Assembly (NCBI RefSeq): GCF_048593235.1
Contig: NC_133622.1
Coordinates: 182,342,001-182,406,000, forward strand
DNA from: Sminthopsis crassicaudata
Taxonomy: Eukaryota
Direction: 5' to 3'
DNA length: 64,000 bases
Every line of letters begins with the position of its first letter. The stretch's first letter is position 1. The notes beneath the pieces are model-generated. The model searched no databases. It worked only from the letters and a program-made list of their open reading frames with translations, and had not been told where the DNA came from. A program made the position numbers and the translations under genes. This document shows, in pieces, positions 61,712-64,000 of this stretch.

Positions 61712-63410
61712 GTAATGGACACTTGAAAAGTACTCGATTTTCCTTCAAGGTTCAAATAGAATCTTTTCCTGATGCAATCCATGAGGCAATAAGCTTTTAT
61801 ATATGTGAGATATTATGTGTTGCTACCATCTTTGCCTTCATAATCTTATATTTTAATAGAGACATGCAGCAGTGCAAATGGTTATGTATGTGGGAGAGGA
61901 CTGGGGAGTGAAGAGTGGGAGGACCGGGAACATCCTCTTGCAAAAAGTGAAATGATGAGATCCCAGCATTTTTGACTGACATTCACTTTCTAATTTATAC
62001 TCCGATGGCGTATTCTGCCTTGTGTTACAGATTTCCTTATGTGTCTTATCTCCCCTCCACAATAGCTCTTTAAGGCAGGACCAATATTATCTTTCATCGA
62101 TGTATGTTCCAAGGTTCAGGATAGTGCATGGGATTGTGTAGAATAATAATGTGACTTTGCTGGGAGACTTTTAGATTTACAAAGTGCCTTTCATTGAAGT
62201 TTGTATTTTATCCTGTTGATCACACTGTGAACCATAGCATGAAGCTGTTATTGCTCCCATCTTACAGAAAAGGAAACTGAGGCACAGTAGAGAAAAGAGC
62301 AACTGGTCTTTAAGTCAGAGACGCTGAATTCAAATCATGAGACTTTAATATCTTTTAGTTAGTCTGCTTTTGACTTTGGACTTCTCCCATATGGACACCA
62401 TTCCCTATTCCCACCCCCTCAATTTCAGTTATCGTTTGTGCTGTGTATATGAAGTAGATATATGAAATACATTTAGGAGAGCATAATGGTTCGATTTGCA
62501 TGAAGAAATCATGTCACGCTTTTTACAGATTACAAAGATTTGTTATTTATTATGTGACTAAGATGTCACTAAGTGAAGCCAAATCATAGGTAATTAAGCA
62601 ACTTGCTTCTGTGTTTGGGAACCTTTAAAGTCTCAGGGGATAGGAAGAACTGGAGCAGTTTAGACAGGAAAGGAGTGTGGGAGGAGGTAGGGAGAAATCA
62701 AGGAAGAGCCAGGAGTCTACATGATTGGCCAGGTTCCAGACTTGTCTAAAGATATGCTAATCAAGTCTCAGAGGGTGGAGATTGGATGGATAGATTAGAG
62801 CTACTAACCATGAAAGTCTATGAGATGATTTAGAATTCCAGCTTCCTATCATATATTAACAAGACAATCTGGTAAAACTTTCCTGGCAAGGGGAGCAGAA
62901 CGGGCTGGTTTAGAGTTCACATCATTTTGTGTGTTGTCTTCTGTTATTAGATTGTAAGCTACTTGAAGGCAAGGACTGTATTTTTATTTGTATATAAATC
63001 TCCAGTGTTTAAACAAAGTGCCTGACTCTTAAAAGGGGTTTAGTAGATATTTATGAACTATGATTATAACTATCTATGGGATTTTGGGGAAGATACCTCT
63101 CTCTGAGACTTATCAATAAAATGAAATTAAGTTAGATGATTCAATGTAATTCATAAATCATTTATTAAGTATGTACTACATACAAGACAACAGTATTAAA
63201 TACCAGGGATACAAAGATATGAAAGCAATGTAATCCTTTTAATTTATTTCCCCCACTGACTCTGAGAGAGAAACTAATATTACATTAATAATTACATTGT
63301 AATCCAACACTTTTCCTTCATTTATTGTAAAGGCCCATATCTGTTTAAGATTAGTCAGTCTTTGAAGGGCAGGACTGATTGATGAGCTTGCTCCTAGCCC
63401 TTAAGAAATA

Positions 63411-63778
63411 TGTTGGGTCAATTTTGGCAGGACCCCACCCAACTAGGAGACTTAATTCCTGTTTACTACAAAAATAGAATCCAATGTGGGCTAACTCTGA
63501 GGAAAGTGACTCCTGTCCCTGATCTCCTCCATTAGAGTTAGGGTGAGTCAGCTAGTCAAGGAGAAAACCAGCCAGACATACAAATGGATAGAAATGGATT
63601 CCCCTGCTCAGATTGCTGGAAGCTGAGTCTCATTATCAGAAGGAAGAGCTGAAAACTTTTAGCCAACTTCTTCATTAAATTGTTTACCAATCAAGATTGA
63701 TTTTCATTTGTGAGGGGAATTCCCTTTCAGAAGGGAGTCAAGGCTTTTTAGGATTTTCCTCAGTGTCTTTGGTCAGCA
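63411..63778 (+). mobile_element. Probable ERV solo LTR (~368 bp)
   Basis: TG...CA ends (tgttggg...tcagca), 5-bp flanks aaata/agata, polyA-like attaaa followed by ttgtttaccaatc, AP-1 TGAGTCA inside. Confidence 0.5.
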
Positions 63779-64000
63779 AGATAAACTGCTGATCTTCAAT
63801 TTATTGATTGCTGGCTAGCCTAATTAATAAATTGATTGTTAATTGCCCAGAAACTGTCTTGGAATTTTTGTCTTAATAGCTCATTTATCACAGCAGCTTT
63901 TCCAATTTTTTTCATCCCTCCATCCCTCTTAAGCCTGTTGTGGTGCTCTCTTAACTTCAGCCTCCCAGTGGAGGACCTTGCCACACACAACAAAACAAAA

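Noticed and set aside
61498-61782. 94-aa minus-strand ORF MDCIRKRFYL... overlapping exon C
   Set aside because: No homology recognised; the splice signals support the + strand instead.
61690-61800. Possible miRNA/snoRNA hairpin around cgtacgcttcggtaatgg
   Set aside because: I could not find an extended stem, a match to a mature miRNA I know, or paired C/D boxes. An exon explains the CpGs better.
898-62062. The many 60-140 aa ORFs in the supplied track
   Set aside because: Random-looking composition, overlap with SINEs, L2, microsatellites or N-runs, and no recognisable domains. Only the L1 ORF2 (2943, 45192) and CR1 (14196) remnants and the start of 58203 are meaningful.
1-64000. CRISPR arrays, operons or other prokaryotic systems
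   Set aside because: The sequence is mammalian; there are no regularly spaced repeat-spacer arrays or gene-dense regions.

Overview
AT-rich, CpG-poor marsupial genomic DNA, probably dasyurid-like judging by the L1 3' ends and SINE types (inference). It contains four assembly gaps. Most of the window is decayed interspersed repeats: L2, MIR/MIR3, CR1/L3, marsupial L1 3' ends (several with clear TSDs), MAR1-, WSINE1- and RTE-tailed SINEs, hAT and Tc1/mariner MITEs, and a probable solo LTR. Islands of unique, regulatory-looking sequence lie between them. Nearly all listed ORFs are spurious or repeat-derived, and I recognise no named gene. The best non-repeat signal is at the right end. Two paralogous + strand exons about 3 kb apart (58200-58245 and 61125-61239) share a 36-bp identical block spanning their donor site and encode MEKMETNELLPRVF and MLMDGKEDPVHLEKNGLLPRVF. 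Both splice in frame onto a strong downstream acceptor at 61656, giving E-EEK or E-EEKVRLPNRLNALTSYAS via two in-frame donors. This suggests the 5' end of an unidentified gene with duplicated alternative N-terminal exons that continues beyond the window. Several other short sequences copied 1.6-3 kb away also occur. Repeat family names come from recalled consensus motifs and repeat boundaries are approximate. All exon calls are splice-signal predictions with no transcript evidence.
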